In this document: positions 1-10,267 of the stretch, one piece after another
Numbering within the stretch: the first letter of the stretch is position 1
Layout: each line of letters starts with the position of its first letter
NCBI GenBank assembly: GCA_963724295.1
Contig: CAVRUC010000002.1
Coordinates: forward strand, 32,001-96,000
DNA from: an uncultured Chloroflexia bacterium
Lineage (GTDB): Bacteria; Chloroflexota; Chloroflexia; Thermomicrobiales; UBA6265
Direction: 5' to 3'
Length of the DNA stretch: 64,000 nt
Program-made: the position numbers and the translations under genes
The notes under the pieces: model-generated
What the model saw: the letters and a program-made list of their open reading frames with translations, nothing else
What the model was told of the DNA's origin: nothing
The model's database searches: none

Positions 1-1
1 A

Positions 2-439
2 ATGGCCAGCGCCGTCCTCGGCCCGGTGCCGATCTGCATGATTTCAGTGCTCACGCCGCTGACCGCCGGCCCGGAGGCGGGCGGGCGCGAGGTGCGCCAC
101 TGGTCGGTCTATGCCGTCGGCACGATCCTCATCGTCATCGCGCTCGGGGCGGGCATCGCGGCGCGCCTGCCGTCCTTCCTCCCGCTCCCGCTGTTGTTCG
201 CCCTAGCGGGGCTTGCCCTCGTCGGGGTGCTGGCCCAGGCTCTCGGTGAGATGGTCCGCGGCCCGCTCCTGCTGGGACCGCTGTTCGCGTTCGTGGCCGG
301 GTCCTCGCAACTGACGCTCTTCGGGCTGGGCCCGCTCTTCTGGGCGCTGGTCATCGGCACGGGCGTCTCGCTGGTGCTCGAAGCCGAGGCCCTGCGCAAG
401 CTCCGAGCGACCGCGGAGGTCGGCGCTGGCGAGGAGTAG
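2..439 (+). CDS. BenE-family benzoate/H+ symporter, C-terminal part (cut by window edge)
   Basis: Hydrophobic helices with BenE-like C-terminal pattern (GPEAG, LAGLAL, LFGLGPLFWALVIG). Confidence 0.7.
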   Translation: MASAVLGPVPICMISVLTPLTAGPEAGGREVRHWSVYAVGTILIVIALGAGIAARLPSFLPLPLLFALAGLALVGVLAQALGEMVRGPLLLGPLFAFVAGSSQLTLFGLGPLFWALVIGTGVSLVLEAEALRKLRATAEVGAGEE

Positions 440-576
440 ACGGCTCGTCCCGTCGATCTTGGGCGGGCGAATCACGGTCACCTCATGAGCGTGGTAGCCA
501 GGCGCGACTTCGCGCGCCTGACTGCCGGCAGCTTGACCCACGCTTGCCTGCCTCGGGAGTGGTAGCGTGGGGAGCG

Positions 577-1395
577 CTACCGTTCAATCACCACGATGTG
601 AGCCTGAATCTTCCCGTCCACGGTTCCCGAGCCGAACTGATGCGCAATTGCGGACGTCGCGACGTCGGTGGCCTCGATCAGGCGCGAAGGGTCGCGCGTC
701 TCGATCTCGCCGCGAAGCGGTGTGCCCTGGCAATAAGCGACGGCAGGAATGCGCGGTGAGTCAGCCCGGCTGCGCGCGGGCAGCGTGGTGATCTGCGGTG
801 ACCGCGTGAATTCGCCCCGTGCCAGATCCTGCGTGATGACGGACGGGTCGTGGTAACCGTGCGGAATCCGTGCCAGGAACCGGGGGGGATCGTCGGGGAA
901 AAGCGTCCCTACCGCTCGGGTCACCGTGTCGGCGAATTCATTCTGGTCGATCCGGTCCCATACATTGAAGATGAATTGGCCGCCGGAACGAAGCACCCGC
1001 CTCGCTTCCACGAATGCCCTTGCTTTGTCAGGGAAGAACATGACCCCAAACTGGCAGACGACCACGTCAAAAGTCTTATCGGGAAACGGCAAGTGCAGCG
1101 CATCGGCTTGACGCCACTCCACCGGACGAGCGGTCCCTTCGGCAGCAGCCTGATCCAGCATCGCTTGGTTTAGATCCGTAGCGACAATCGAGGCCTCCGA
1201 GGGTAGCGTTTTCGCAAGCTGGCGGGTCACGACACCCGTCCCGGCGGCGATCTCCAGCACACGTGAGGGGTGTCGCCGCTCCGTGCGGAGAGCGAGATCA
1301 GCCGCGTAGGGCTCGAAGATGAGCGGCACCAAATACCGTTCATAGACCTGGGGAATGGAGCCAGCGAAGGCGGTGTCGGTGCCAAGAGATTTCAT
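577..1395 (-). CDS. Class I SAM-dependent methyltransferase (UbiE-like)
   Basis: VLEIAAGTG motif I, ADALHLPFPD, FDVVVCQFGVMFF; GAGG RBS. Confidence 0.9.
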   Translation of the reverse strand: MKSLGTDTAFAGSIPQVYERYLVPLIFEPYAADLALRTERRHPSRVLEIAAGTGVVTRQLAKTLPSEASIVATDLNQAMLDQAAAEGTARPVEWRQADALHLPFPDKTFDVVVCQFGVMFFPDKARAFVEARRVLRSGGQFIFNVWDRIDQNEFADTVTRAVGTLFPDDPPRFLARIPHGYHDPSVITQDLARGEFTRSPQITTLPARSRADSPRIPAVAYCQGTPLRGEIETRDPSRLIEATDVATSAIAHQFGSGTVDGKIQAHIVVIER

Positions 1396-1734
1396 TCCTC
1401 GTCTCCTTTTGAGACTGCGCTATCGATCACTGAACCGACGCTGATTCGACGCCGCGTGGATGACACGGACAGATATCCGCCTGCCTCGTCCTGTGAACGG
1501 TCAGCGCATTCGCGACGGCGGCGACTCGTGCGCGAATCGCGCACCCGCCCTGTCTACCGTCTACTCCAGACAGGGCAAGCGGCAGATTACCCTTCGAAGC
1601 CCATCCGAGTCGGGTGCGAATGCCCGGAACGATCACGCAGTAGTGACCGCTCATTGCGTCTCCATCGTGGAGGACAACTGGCACAATGCCGGCAACGACC
1701 CGAGGCCGATCGTCAGACGCTCACGGACGGAACC

Positions 1735-2560
1735 ATGTTCACCCGGTCAGCGGACCTCTACGACGTCATCTACGGCCAGCGCTTCGATGCCGCCGCGGCC
1801 GCCGAGACGGTGCACGCGCTGGTGCAAGCGCACACCCGGGGAGCGGCGCGGACCCTCCTCGAGGTAGCCTGCGGCACCGGGACCTACCTATCGCACCTGC
1901 AGCGCTCACTACGCGCTGGAGGGGCTCGATCTCGACCCCGGCATGCTCGCGGTCGCTCGCCGCAAACTGCCAGAGGTGCCGTTGCATGAGGCGGATCTGG
2001 TCGACTTCGATCTCGGTCGCCGCTTCGACGCGGTGCTCTGCCTGGGGAGCGCGATCGGCTACGTCGCCACCGCGGAACGCCTGCACCAGGCTCTTGCCAC
2101 GCTCGCCCGCCATACAGCGCCCGGCGGGGTGGTCGTCGTCGAGCCGTGGTTCACGCCGGAGGTCTGGGAGAGCGGTCGGCTGACCGCTGATCTGGTCGAC
2201 CAGCCTGCACTCAAGATCGCCCGTGTCCTCCTGAGTGGGCGGGAGGGGGATGCCTCGACACTCGATATCCACTACCTGGTCGGTCGCCCCGAGGGCGTCG
2301 AGTCCTTTACCGAGCAGCACCGCCTGGGTCTCTTCTCGCATGACGCGTACATGACGGCATTTCGCGCCGCGGCACTCGAGGTGACCCACGATCCGGTCGG
2401 TCTGCTCGGACGCGGTCTCTACATCGGTGTCCGACCGGCAGCTGCCGATCAGGTCGGAGTCACGGCGCGTGAGGACGACGCTCGCTCCAAACATCCTAAG
2501 ATTGCTTCTCGTGTCTGGCAGAGATCGTCCGCGCGTCACGACCGAACGGTTGAATCGAAC
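1735..2560 (+). CDS. SAM-dependent methyltransferase (TylM1/DesVI-like fold); frameshift near 1905-1920, 3' end uncertain
   Basis: MFTRSADLYD...LLEVACGTG in one frame continues as FDLGRRFDAVLCL...VEPW in the 1943 frame; no stop codon before the NRDE start. Confidence 0.75.
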
Positions 2561-3304
2561 ATGTGTTGGATAGCGGTCCTCTTTCGCGTAAATGCGCACT
2601 ATCCCCTGATCGTGGCGGCAAACCGGGAGGAGTCACGGATACGACCCTCCCGGGCGCCATTTCAGTGGGCTGGAAGCCCGGCCGTCTGGGCGGGTCGCGA
2701 CGAGCTCGCCGGAGGCACCTGGCTGGGAGTCAATGCGGCGGGGCTCGTGGCCGCCGTCACCAACCGGCCACTTGCGGCTGACAGCCGCGATGCCACCCTG
2801 CGCTCTCGTGGTCTGCTCTGCCTCGACACCCTGCGCTGTGATTCACCAGGGTCCGCGCGTTCGTTCTTCGTCGACGAGCTCTCCCGTCGACGATACAACC
2901 CATTCAATCTGCTCTGCGTGAACCACGTTGCGGGGTGGGTTGGCACCTGGCAAGGAGAGATCCGCGACCTCGAGCCCGGGATCCACGTCGTCAGCAACTT
3001 TGGCGACGTCGACGACGACACGCTGCCCATCGTGCGCGAGGCGCGGCACAGGATTGCATCATTGGACCTCGCGTCACCGGTCATCGATGAGCTTTTTGGC
3101 AGTCTGGCGAGGGTGTGTGCACTGACGGACGAACCGTGCCCGCTTTGCCACACCGGCGGCGACTACGGGACCGTATCGTCGAGCCTGGTCGCGGTCAACG
3201 CCGACGGATCGGTTGCCGCCTATTGGCATGCTCCGGGTCCGCCGAGTCAGGTTGCGTTTTCCCCGGTCGCCCTGTCGTCAGCGCGGCGCCAGCCTCGGCC
3301 TTGA
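2561..3304 (+). CDS. NRDE/TANGO2 family protein
   Basis: MCWIAV...AANREE, GRDELAGGTWLGVN, YNPFNL, YGTVSSS. Confidence 0.9.
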   Translation: MCWIAVLFRVNAHYPLIVAANREESRIRPSRAPFQWAGSPAVWAGRDELAGGTWLGVNAAGLVAAVTNRPLAADSRDATLRSRGLLCLDTLRCDSPGSARSFFVDELSRRRYNPFNLLCVNHVAGWVGTWQGEIRDLEPGIHVVSNFGDVDDDTLPIVREARHRIASLDLASPVIDELFGSLARVCALTDEPCPLCHTGGDYGTVSSSLVAVNADGSVAAYWHAPGPPSQVAFSPVALSSARRQPRP

Positions 3305-3376
3305 GCTGAGTCCGATGCAGCCGTCAACCGAGTCGATGAGTGTCCGGCTTCGATGACCAGAACCACTACTTCCTGA

Positions 3377-4312
3377 CTACGGTGGTGGAGTTCCGACCAG
3401 AGGGGTGGCGGAGACAGCCCAGAGGCTTGGGTCGCGCGCTGCCGCGATCAGTTGACGAATGGCCGTCACGGCCTCCGGGTTGTAGAACAGCTCATGCCCG
3501 GCGTCTACCGCCGTGTAGACGCCGAGTGGCCACTCCGCGGCAACCCCCGCCATGACCGCCTCGTACACGCCATGCGTGCGTCCGCAGATGTCGTCGGCAC
3601 GTTCACACTCGGCGGAGGTGGAGGTCAGCACCAGAAACGGCACATCCGGCGCTGGGCCGGCCGCATCGAGCTGGGCGAACGACGCGTTCCAGTCGAACTC
3701 CTCGGTGCCCTCTCCACCCGCGTAGTACGCCAGTTCCTCGGTCCGCTCCTGCTCGGTCATCAGCGGAGCGGACTCATCCAGCCACGGATCGACGGGTGGC
3801 ACCGCGTTCATGGCGACCACGCCAGCCACGTCGTCAGGATGCGTGCGGGCAAAAAGTTGCACGAACATTCCGCCGGCCGATTGCCCCACCAGCACGTAGG
3901 GACCGGGGACATCGGCCGCCTCGAGCAAGGCATGCAAGTCGGTCACCTCATCGGCCGCAGAGCGAGGAGCCGTGGCGGACATCACCGGTGGGTCGCTCTG
4001 CCCCATCCCGGCCCGATCGTACGTGCAGACGCGTGTATCGCGACTCAGCTCGCGTTTCAGCGGCGCCATATCGGCGCTGGCGCCCCATTGCCCGTGATCG
4101 ATGATGACCGTGGGAGCACCCTCGCCTCTGCAGCTGATGAACAGCGCGCGGCCGCCGATGTCGATTGTTCCCGCGAACTCGCCCTCGGCGGCAGAAGGCA
4201 TGGGCGACGCGTCAGGTGTCGCCTCTTGCGCGGTGGCGCGAGAAGCGGGCAGGAGCGCCATGGTGCATGCGAGCAGCCAGAGCGTGACAGTCCGCCGGTC
4301 GACGTGTCGCAT
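3377..4312 (-). CDS. Exported alpha/beta hydrolase
   Basis: RR-containing signal peptide, YDRAGMG, GQSAGG nucleophile elbow, C-terminal GH; GGGAGG RBS. Confidence 0.85.
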   Translation of the reverse strand: MRHVDRRTVTLWLLACTMALLPASRATAQEATPDASPMPSAAEGEFAGTIDIGGRALFISCRGEGAPTVIIDHGQWGASADMAPLKRELSRDTRVCTYDRAGMGQSDPPVMSATAPRSAADEVTDLHALLEAADVPGPYVLVGQSAGGMFVQLFARTHPDDVAGVVAMNAVPPVDPWLDESAPLMTEQERTEELAYYAGGEGTEEFDWNASFAQLDAAGPAPDVPFLVLTSTSAECERADDICGRTHGVYEAVMAGVAAEWPLGVYTAVDAGHELFYNPEAVTAIRQLIAAARDPSLWAVSATPLVGTPPP

Positions 4313-4549
4313 GTCGCCTCCCTCGAAAGGTATCGCGCAGAAGCACGTTTTCGCTGAGTCCGTTCCCACTCTAGCCCCTGATGCTCAAAAGTCAATCGGC
4401 ACTTGGATCGGGTTGAGAACCAGGTGCATGGCGGCGGAAGTTGTCAGTAGCGCTGCCATTGCCCATTCCCTCCCTACCTGCGATCCTTTGCCTGTGGCTT
4501 CTCAGCCTTTGACTACCCCTTTGCCAGGGGGGCGGTCAAGGCGTTCGGC

Positions 4550-5347
4550 ATGGCCATACCGATCGCGATCCTGGGTGGCCTGATCGGTCTCGGCGGCGCC
4601 GAGTTTCGGCTCCCGGTCCTCGTTGGTCCGCTCCGCTATTCCCCATGCCAGGCCGTACCGCTGAACCTGGCGGTCAGCATCATCACCATCGCGGCAGCGC
4701 TGGTCATCCGCTCGCGCACCCTCTCGTTCGTGCCGGTGGCGCCCTACGCCCCGGCGATCGTCGCTCTCATCACCGGCGCCATGATCGCGGCCTGGGGCGG
4801 AACCGCTCTCTTCAGCCGCCTCAGCGACGCCTGGCTGGAGCGGATGATCCTGGGCCTCCTGCTCGTCATCGGCGTCGCGCTGATCGTCGAGGGGTTCCTC
4901 CCAGGAGGTGCGCCCGCGCTGCTTCCGGCATCATCCATCGTCTGGGTCGTGGCCGGCGTGGCTTTCGGTCTGGCCATCGGACTCGTCAGCAGCCTGCTCG
5001 GCGTGGCCGGGGGGGAAGTCATCATCCCGACCCTCGTCTTCGCCTACGGCGCCGACATCAAGACGGCCGGTACCGCGAGTCTCCTCATCAGTCTGCCTAC
5101 GGTCGCCGTCGGCATTGTCCGCTACGCCCGCCGGGGCGCCTACGCCTCGCGCGCGCTCACGGAAACCGTGGCCCCGATGGGGCTCGGCTCGGTGATTGGC
5201 GCGGTCATCGGTGGTCTCCTGGTGGGATCAGTGCCCGGTTCCGCGCTCAAGGGTGTGCTCGGACTCATCCTTATCGCCTCGGCGTGGCGCACCTTTCGTC
5301 ACAGCCACAAGCCTCTGCCGCGTGCCGCCGACGTTGCCGCGACCTAG
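4550..5347 (+). CDS. Sulfite exporter TauE/SafE family protein
   Basis: GGLIGLGGAEFRLP and SSLLGVAGGEVIIP repeated halves, about 8 transmembrane segments. Confidence 0.85.
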   Translation: MAIPIAILGGLIGLGGAEFRLPVLVGPLRYSPCQAVPLNLAVSIITIAAALVIRSRTLSFVPVAPYAPAIVALITGAMIAAWGGTALFSRLSDAWLERMILGLLLVIGVALIVEGFLPGGAPALLPASSIVWVVAGVAFGLAIGLVSSLLGVAGGEVIIPTLVFAYGADIKTAGTASLLISLPTVAVGIVRYARRGAYASRALTETVAPMGLGSVIGAVIGGLLVGSVPGSALKGVLGLILIASAWRTFRHSHKPLPRAADVAAT

Positions 5348-5377
5348 GCGATGTCCCATCGGCCCGCGACGGCCGCC

Positions 5378-5575
5378 TCACGTGCCACCATCGCTTTCGG
5401 CCACCTCCTCGCGCAGCGTTCGTAGCCGTTCTAGGAGCGGGGCCAACTCGTGCTCAATACCGTTAAGGGTGACCCCGTGATTATCTCTAGGGATCTGCCG
5501 GACGGCCTCCAGCGCCTGCTCGAAGCGCGCGATTGCGTCGTCAATGAGACGCCGTGTACTCGGGGACCGGGTCAT
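5378..5575 (-). CDS. Small hypothetical helical protein (65 aa)
   Basis: AGAAAGG RBS, amphipathic helices. Confidence 0.5.
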   Translation of the reverse strand: MTRSPSTRRLIDDAIARFEQALEAVRQIPRDNHGVTLNGIEHELAPLLERLRTLREEVAESDGGT

Positions 5576-5670
5576 GAGAGCGCCCTTTCTGCACCAGTAC
5601 TCGGGGTCGTTCGGCCAGTGGCTTCGTCACCGGCCGGCGCCAGGGCGCGGCCCGGATGCCGGACTAGAGC

Positions 5671-6106
5671 TTATGCCGCCTGCTTGTCCTTCTGCAGCTC
5701 GTCGAGCTGGCTCCGAATGGCGTCGAGCTTTGGCCTCGAGCCGCTCGTCGGAATCCTTGCTCTCGGCCGACCCCTCGAAGATGAGGTAGGAGGTCAGGAC
5801 CACGAAGGCCGCCAGTTGCAGGAACTCGCTCATGATGTTCTCGAACGAGCGCGCCAACCACGTCCAGACGTAGCCATCCTCGCCCCAGACCGAGGCCAAC
5901 TCCCCGTGCGCGGCCTGCTCGGCTACGAACTCCTGCCAGCCCGTGAAGAGATGGACCAGCCAGGCGAGTACGAAGAGCGTGGCGATGGCGTAGCCGAGCC
6001 CGCGGCGATGGTCGTGGAAGGCGCGGGACACGACACCCATCACGATGGCGAGTCCAACCAGCGCGAGCACAAACAGCAGGAGCAGATTGCCTACCGGAAC
6101 ATCCAT
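5671..6106 (-). CDS. DUF6766-like membrane protein (apparent +1 frameshift near 5730)
   Basis: FENIMSEFLQL...GSAESKD motif; removing one A gives the ending AKLDAIRSQLDELQKDKQAA*. Confidence 0.75.
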
Positions 6107-6283
6107 CGAGCGTCTCTCCCCGGCCCCGTGGGCCTTCCCTCCCAACGATGCCAATCTCACGCCGCACGGCGATGCGGGCAGCGTTCCTCGGGGTTATGGC
6201 GGGATGAGGGGCGTGCCGAGCATTTCATGGCCGCGGGATATTGTCAATCCCCACGCAGCAGCGCCAGGCGACATGAGCGGCAC

Positions 6284-6706
6284 TTACGACCCGTCAGCCA
6301 TCGAAATCCGGATCGGCTCCCGATCCGCTTCGCCCGTCATGCGGCCGTCCTCACCCTTCGCACGGCCCTGCAGCCTGAGCAAGATGTCGGTCATAGCCGT
6401 CTTGGGATCGTCGACGAGGCTGATCTGAACTGCCCCCTCCTCGACCAGCTTGCGTACCGTGATCGAACCGAGCAGGGGATGCTCCCGCAGGATCTCCCCC
6501 CAGGAGACCGACTCCCCGGCCAGCAAGCGGGCGTAGGTCTGGCACGACCAGGATGCTGAGGGGGACGATAGCCGCCGCTCCATCAAGCTGTGCAACGCTC
6601 GTTCCACCGCATCATCACTTCCCCACCGGGGTGGGGTCACGACAGCGTGATGAGAAATTGACACTGGAATGGGCTCCTTGACGATAAGGCGTGCTTCGCT
6701 GCTCAC
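6284..6706 (-). CDS. Hypothetical protein
   Basis: 140-aa ORF with protein-like composition; no family recognised. Confidence 0.45.
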   Translation of the reverse strand: MSSEARLIVKEPIPVSISHHAVVTPPRWGSDDAVERALHSLMERRLSSPSASWSCQTYARLLAGESVSWGEILREHPLLGSITVRKLVEEGAVQISLVDDPKTAMTDILLRLQGRAKGEDGRMTGEADREPIRISMADGS

Positions 6707-7348
6707 CCGCGTTCGTGTGCTGGAGGCGACGGTCGCCTCCCGGCACGCTGTCCGACCTGCTGCGGAGCTGTGCGGGGATCGAGGGCGACCGGACAGGCGC
6801 GCCGCCGCCGGCTCCAGGGCTGGAAGCCAGATCCAGTACGACGCAAGCGGCTATAGCGGGGACGTAATTGCCGTCCTACGACACTGGTGGCCACGTTCAT
6901 TTCCTCGAGCTCGCTCCGTAATCCGTCACAGACTCCCGCTCCCCGCCAGGAGTCCTGCTCGTACTCAACTAGCCGGGACTATTGCATGAGGTATGCCAGG
7001 TGACAGAAAGTCAATTCGATTCGCTCGTGAATAGTCATACAGTGGGTGAAAAATTCGGTGGGACTGAGGTTGCCTCTGAGAAAATGATCATTCTGAGACG
7101 AGAATGGCTCTTGAGAAATGGATCGATCGCGTACGAATGAGCGATAGCAAAACAGGACCCAGTCCTTCGTGACTTTATGCGGTTCGGTTGCCTGACGCCT
7201 GAGCGTGACGATGGGATCGTTGTCCCCGCGGTCAAGCCAGTCACTCCGCACCAGAGTCGCCCATGACCCGTGGCGTTGGCGGCGCAGCTCCGGCAATGGT
7301 TCTCAAGAGGCGGCGCATGCCGTCGAGGCTCGTCCGGAGATAACCGTC

Positions 7349-7753
7349 CTACGCACTCAGGGGATGGGACGGGGCTGCTGCCTTCACGCACCCGGCCACG
7401 GCGGCGAGGAGTTCGTCGATCGCAAATGGTTTGGGCATAGTCACGTCAGCCAGAGCCTGCACGCGGTGCGCCGCCGGGGCCCCGGGTGCGAGGAAGCCAC
7501 TGCACACGAGGACCGGCAGCCGCGCCGTCCAACGCCAGGCGCGGATCGCTTCCAGCCAACCGTAGCCCTCGGGTTCGCCGCCCAGCATCAGGTCGAGGAT
7601 GACCACTGAGGGCCGGAGTTGCTGCACGTCGAGCGGCGCCACCGGGTGGTCGCTGGGCAGGACGTCGTACCCCTCGCCTTCCAGTGCCTCGCGGAGCATC
7701 TCGCGCAGTGCGGGGTCGTCCTCGATGAGCAGAACGCGAAGCGGTGCGCCCAC
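7349..7753 (-). CDS. Single-domain response regulator receiver
   Basis: VLLIEDD, VILDLML, CSG, KPF; AAGGAG RBS. Confidence 0.9.
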   Translation of the reverse strand: MGAPLRVLLIEDDPALREMLREALEGEGYDVLPSDHPVAPLDVQQLRPSVVILDLMLGGEPEGYGWLEAIRAWRWTARLPVLVCSGFLAPGAPAAHRVQALADVTMPKPFAIDELLAAVAGCVKAAAPSHPLSA

Positions 7754-8109
7754 CCGTGTCTCCTTCTTCGCTGTCCCGCTGGTGACCGGTCAGGGACCGG
7801 CTCTAGCTCATCCCCGACGCTCTGAGTGCCGGCTCACGAGAACTGCATACCGCGTGCCAGGCGCAATCAGCACCACCGCGGTCGTCGACACGCGCATCCG
7901 GTCTTCATGACCATTGGTGAGTCGTGCCACCATGGGCTGCCGCCCAGCGTGCTACACTAGCCATAACGCACGCAACTGAGCGCGCATCGTCCCGCGCCCC
8001 AGCGGGACCCCCCCCCCCCCCCCCCCACTGTCGCCGCCTCTTGGGGAGCGTCGATGGCCCACTCGGACCTGTTCGGTCCGTGGCCTGCAGGCACCTGAAA
8101 GGCAGCGCT

Positions 8110-8544
8110 GTGACCGCCGATGGTCGTCAGCCACATATCCTCATCATCAACGACACCCAGGAGATCCTCGACCTGATGCAGGAACTGCTCGAGGACGAAG
8201 GATATCGGGTCACCACCTCGCTGGCCCTCCTCGACATCGACAAGGTCAAGGCGCTCGCGCCCGACATCATGATCCAGGACCTGCTCTTCGAGGGCACCCA
8301 GGAGCTGGGCTGGAAGTTCCTGACGCTGGCGCGGCTCGATCCGGTGCTGGCCCGCGTCCCGCTGGTGCTCTGCACTGCGGCGGTGCGCACAGTCAACGAC
8401 CCGGAGATGGCCGAGCAGCTGGACCGGCAGGGGATCCGCGTCGTCCTCAAACCGTTCACCATCGAAGACCTGCTGACCACGCTGGACGAGGTCCGCACCG
8501 CCCAGTCCCTGATCAACCAGGTCGCCGACGGCCGGGAGCGCTGA
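8110..8544 (+). CDS. Single-domain response regulator receiver
   Basis: ILIINDT, IQDLL, CTA, KPF. Confidence 0.88.
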   Translation: MTADGRQPHILIINDTQEILDLMQELLEDEGYRVTTSLALLDIDKVKALAPDIMIQDLLFEGTQELGWKFLTLARLDPVLARVPLVLCTAAVRTVNDPEMAEQLDRQGIRVVLKPFTIEDLLTTLDEVRTAQSLINQVADGRER

Positions 8545-8547
8545 CCC

Positions 8548-8865
8548 GTGTTCGATGACCAGCGGCTGGCTGCTCTCAGCGCGGCAGGCGCCACGCGGCA
8601 GGCGACGGCACTCGAGGCTCATCTGCTCCCTGATGGGCACGTCGCCCTCCCTGGCGCAGAGCCTGATCCGGCCGCGACCTGGCAGATCCTGGGCTGCACG
8701 CCGCATGAAGGGTGTGTGGTGCGCGCCGAGGTGGCCGGGGCGTGCTGGGTCACGCGTATCGAGCAAGCATGGCTGGCGCGGCAGGACCGCGAGGTGCGCG
8801 TGACCCTCGAGCGCCAGAGCGATCCCCAGCGGGAGCCGCTCCTCGGCTGGATCCTCTTCTGCTGA
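8548..8865 (+). CDS. Hypothetical protein
   Basis: 105-aa ORF starting 3 nt after the receiver stop codon. Confidence 0.5.
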   Translation: MFDDQRLAALSAAGATRQATALEAHLLPDGHVALPGAEPDPAATWQILGCTPHEGCVVRAEVAGACWVTRIEQAWLARQDREVRVTLERQSDPQREPLLGWILFC

Positions 8866-8875
8866 GAGCGGGACC

Positions 8876-9001
8876 TGGGGTGATGGGTGATTACTCCCTT
8901 CGGTCGTGGTGGCGGGGTGGCAGGGTGGCGGGGTCATCGTTCTCCCGGCCACTCCGCCACCCCGCCACCCTGCCACCCATCACCCGTCACCCATCACCCC
9001 G
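8876..9001. repeat. Interspersed modular palindromic repeat, family A (GGGTGAT/GGGTGGCA arms)
   Basis: Tandem 7/8-mer arms inverted around a short spacer; related copies at 9352, 11724, 23016, 37952, 52563 and 54546. Confidence 0.8.
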
Positions 9002-9035
9002 GGAGCGGTAGAGTTCGCCGCGAGAGGAGGACGTC

Positions 9036-9329
9036 ATGCCGACCTACATCGTTCTCGGCAATTACACCGAGCAGGGTGTCCGCAACATCAGGCGGTTGGC
9101 TGACCTACGCCAGGCCGCCGAGCAGTGGACGGAGGCCCAGGGCGGCCGGGTCGTGGCCAACTACACCACGCTGGGGCCATACGACTTCGTCTTCATCGTC
9201 GAGCTGCCGAGCCCGGACGTAGCGCTGGAGGGGGCATTCCTCTTCGGCAGTCAGGGCGATGTCCGCACCCAGACCCTGATGGCCTTCCCGGCTCAGACAG
9301 CCGAGTCCATCGCCCGGCGCCTGCCCTAG
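9036..9329 (+). CDS. GYD domain protein
   Basis: MPTYIVLGNYTEQG...TLGPYD...VRTQTL; GGAGG RBS. Confidence 0.9.
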   Translation: MPTYIVLGNYTEQGVRNIRRLADLRQAAEQWTEAQGGRVVANYTTLGPYDFVFIVELPSPDVALEGAFLFGSQGDVRTQTLMAFPAQTAESIARRLP

Positions 9330-9351
9330 TGTGGCCACACCGACCGGCGCC

Positions 9352-9460
9352 GGGGTGATAGGGTGGCAGGGTGGCGGGGAGACGTTGCTCCTGCCACCCT
9401 ATCACCGTGAGCGCAGCGAACACCCACCTTTTGACCATGAGCGAAGCGAGTAATCAACCC
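9352..9460. repeat. Family A repeat
   Basis: GGGTGGCAGGGTGGC...CTGCCACCCT ATCACCGTGAGCGCAGCGAA...GAGCGAAGCGAGTAATCA. Confidence 0.8.
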
Positions 9461-9466
9461 GGCCGC

Positions 9467-10129
9467 ATGAACGAGACCCTGGGCGAGAAGAGTGGCCTGC
9501 CGATCATGGCGTTTCCATCGCGGGACGCATGGGCAGCGTGGCTGGACGAGCACCACACGGACCCCACTGGCGTCTGGCTGGCTCTTCTAAAGAAGGGCGC
9601 CGGCGAGGCGGGCGTCTCGTATAGCGACGCCGTGGAGGTGGCTCTCTGTTACGGCTGGATCGATGGCCAGGCAGGGAAGCTCAACGACCGCTTCTGGCTG
9701 CAGCGGTTCACCCCTCGCCGGGCAAAGAGCATCTGGTCACGCGTCAACCGGGACAGGGCGCTGGCGCTGATGGCGCGAGGCGAGATGCAGCCGGCCGGGC
9801 TGCGGGAGGTCGAGCGCGCGCAGGCTGATGGCCGCTGGCAGGCGGCCTACGAGCCTCCCAGCACGATGGAGGTCCCGGACGACCTGCGGCAGGCCCTGGC
9901 CGCCAACCCGGCCGCCGCGGAGGCCTTTGCCGCGCTCAATCGCACCAACCGCTACTCGATCCTCCACCGCATCCACGCCGCGAAGAAACCTGAAACGCGA
10001 ACCCGGCGCATCGAGACCTTCGTGGCAATGCTCGCCGAGGGAAACACCCCTCTCCACGACACGCGTGACACATCGTTGCAGTCAGGCGTGGCAGAGCGAG
10101 GCGCGGGGGACGGTTCCAGCTCGGATTAG
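9467..10129 (+). CDS. YdeI/OmpD-associated family protein
   Basis: ALCYGWIDG, RFTPRR..S.WS..N, VPDDL, AKKPETR. Confidence 0.92.
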   Translation: MNETLGEKSGLPIMAFPSRDAWAAWLDEHHTDPTGVWLALLKKGAGEAGVSYSDAVEVALCYGWIDGQAGKLNDRFWLQRFTPRRAKSIWSRVNRDRALALMARGEMQPAGLREVERAQADGRWQAAYEPPSTMEVPDDLRQALAANPAAAEAFAALNRTNRYSILHRIHAAKKPETRTRRIETFVAMLAEGNTPLHDTRDTSLQSGVAERGAGDGSSSD

Positions 10130-10267
10130 GCGCTCACCTCCTGGAGGGCGAAGAGGGGCGGTTGCGCCGCACCATGCGGGCGCGACACATAGCTGCCAGC
10201 CGCGCCGGTGACGCGCCGGCTGGACGCGCGGCACGGAGCCGAGACCGGGTCAAGAAAGGGGTGGTAT

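Noticed and set aside
6710..7340. AT-richer 600-bp gap as a possible island or ncRNA
   Set aside because: No convincing ORF, repeat, att site or stable fold was seen; it is consistent with an ordinary regulatory region.
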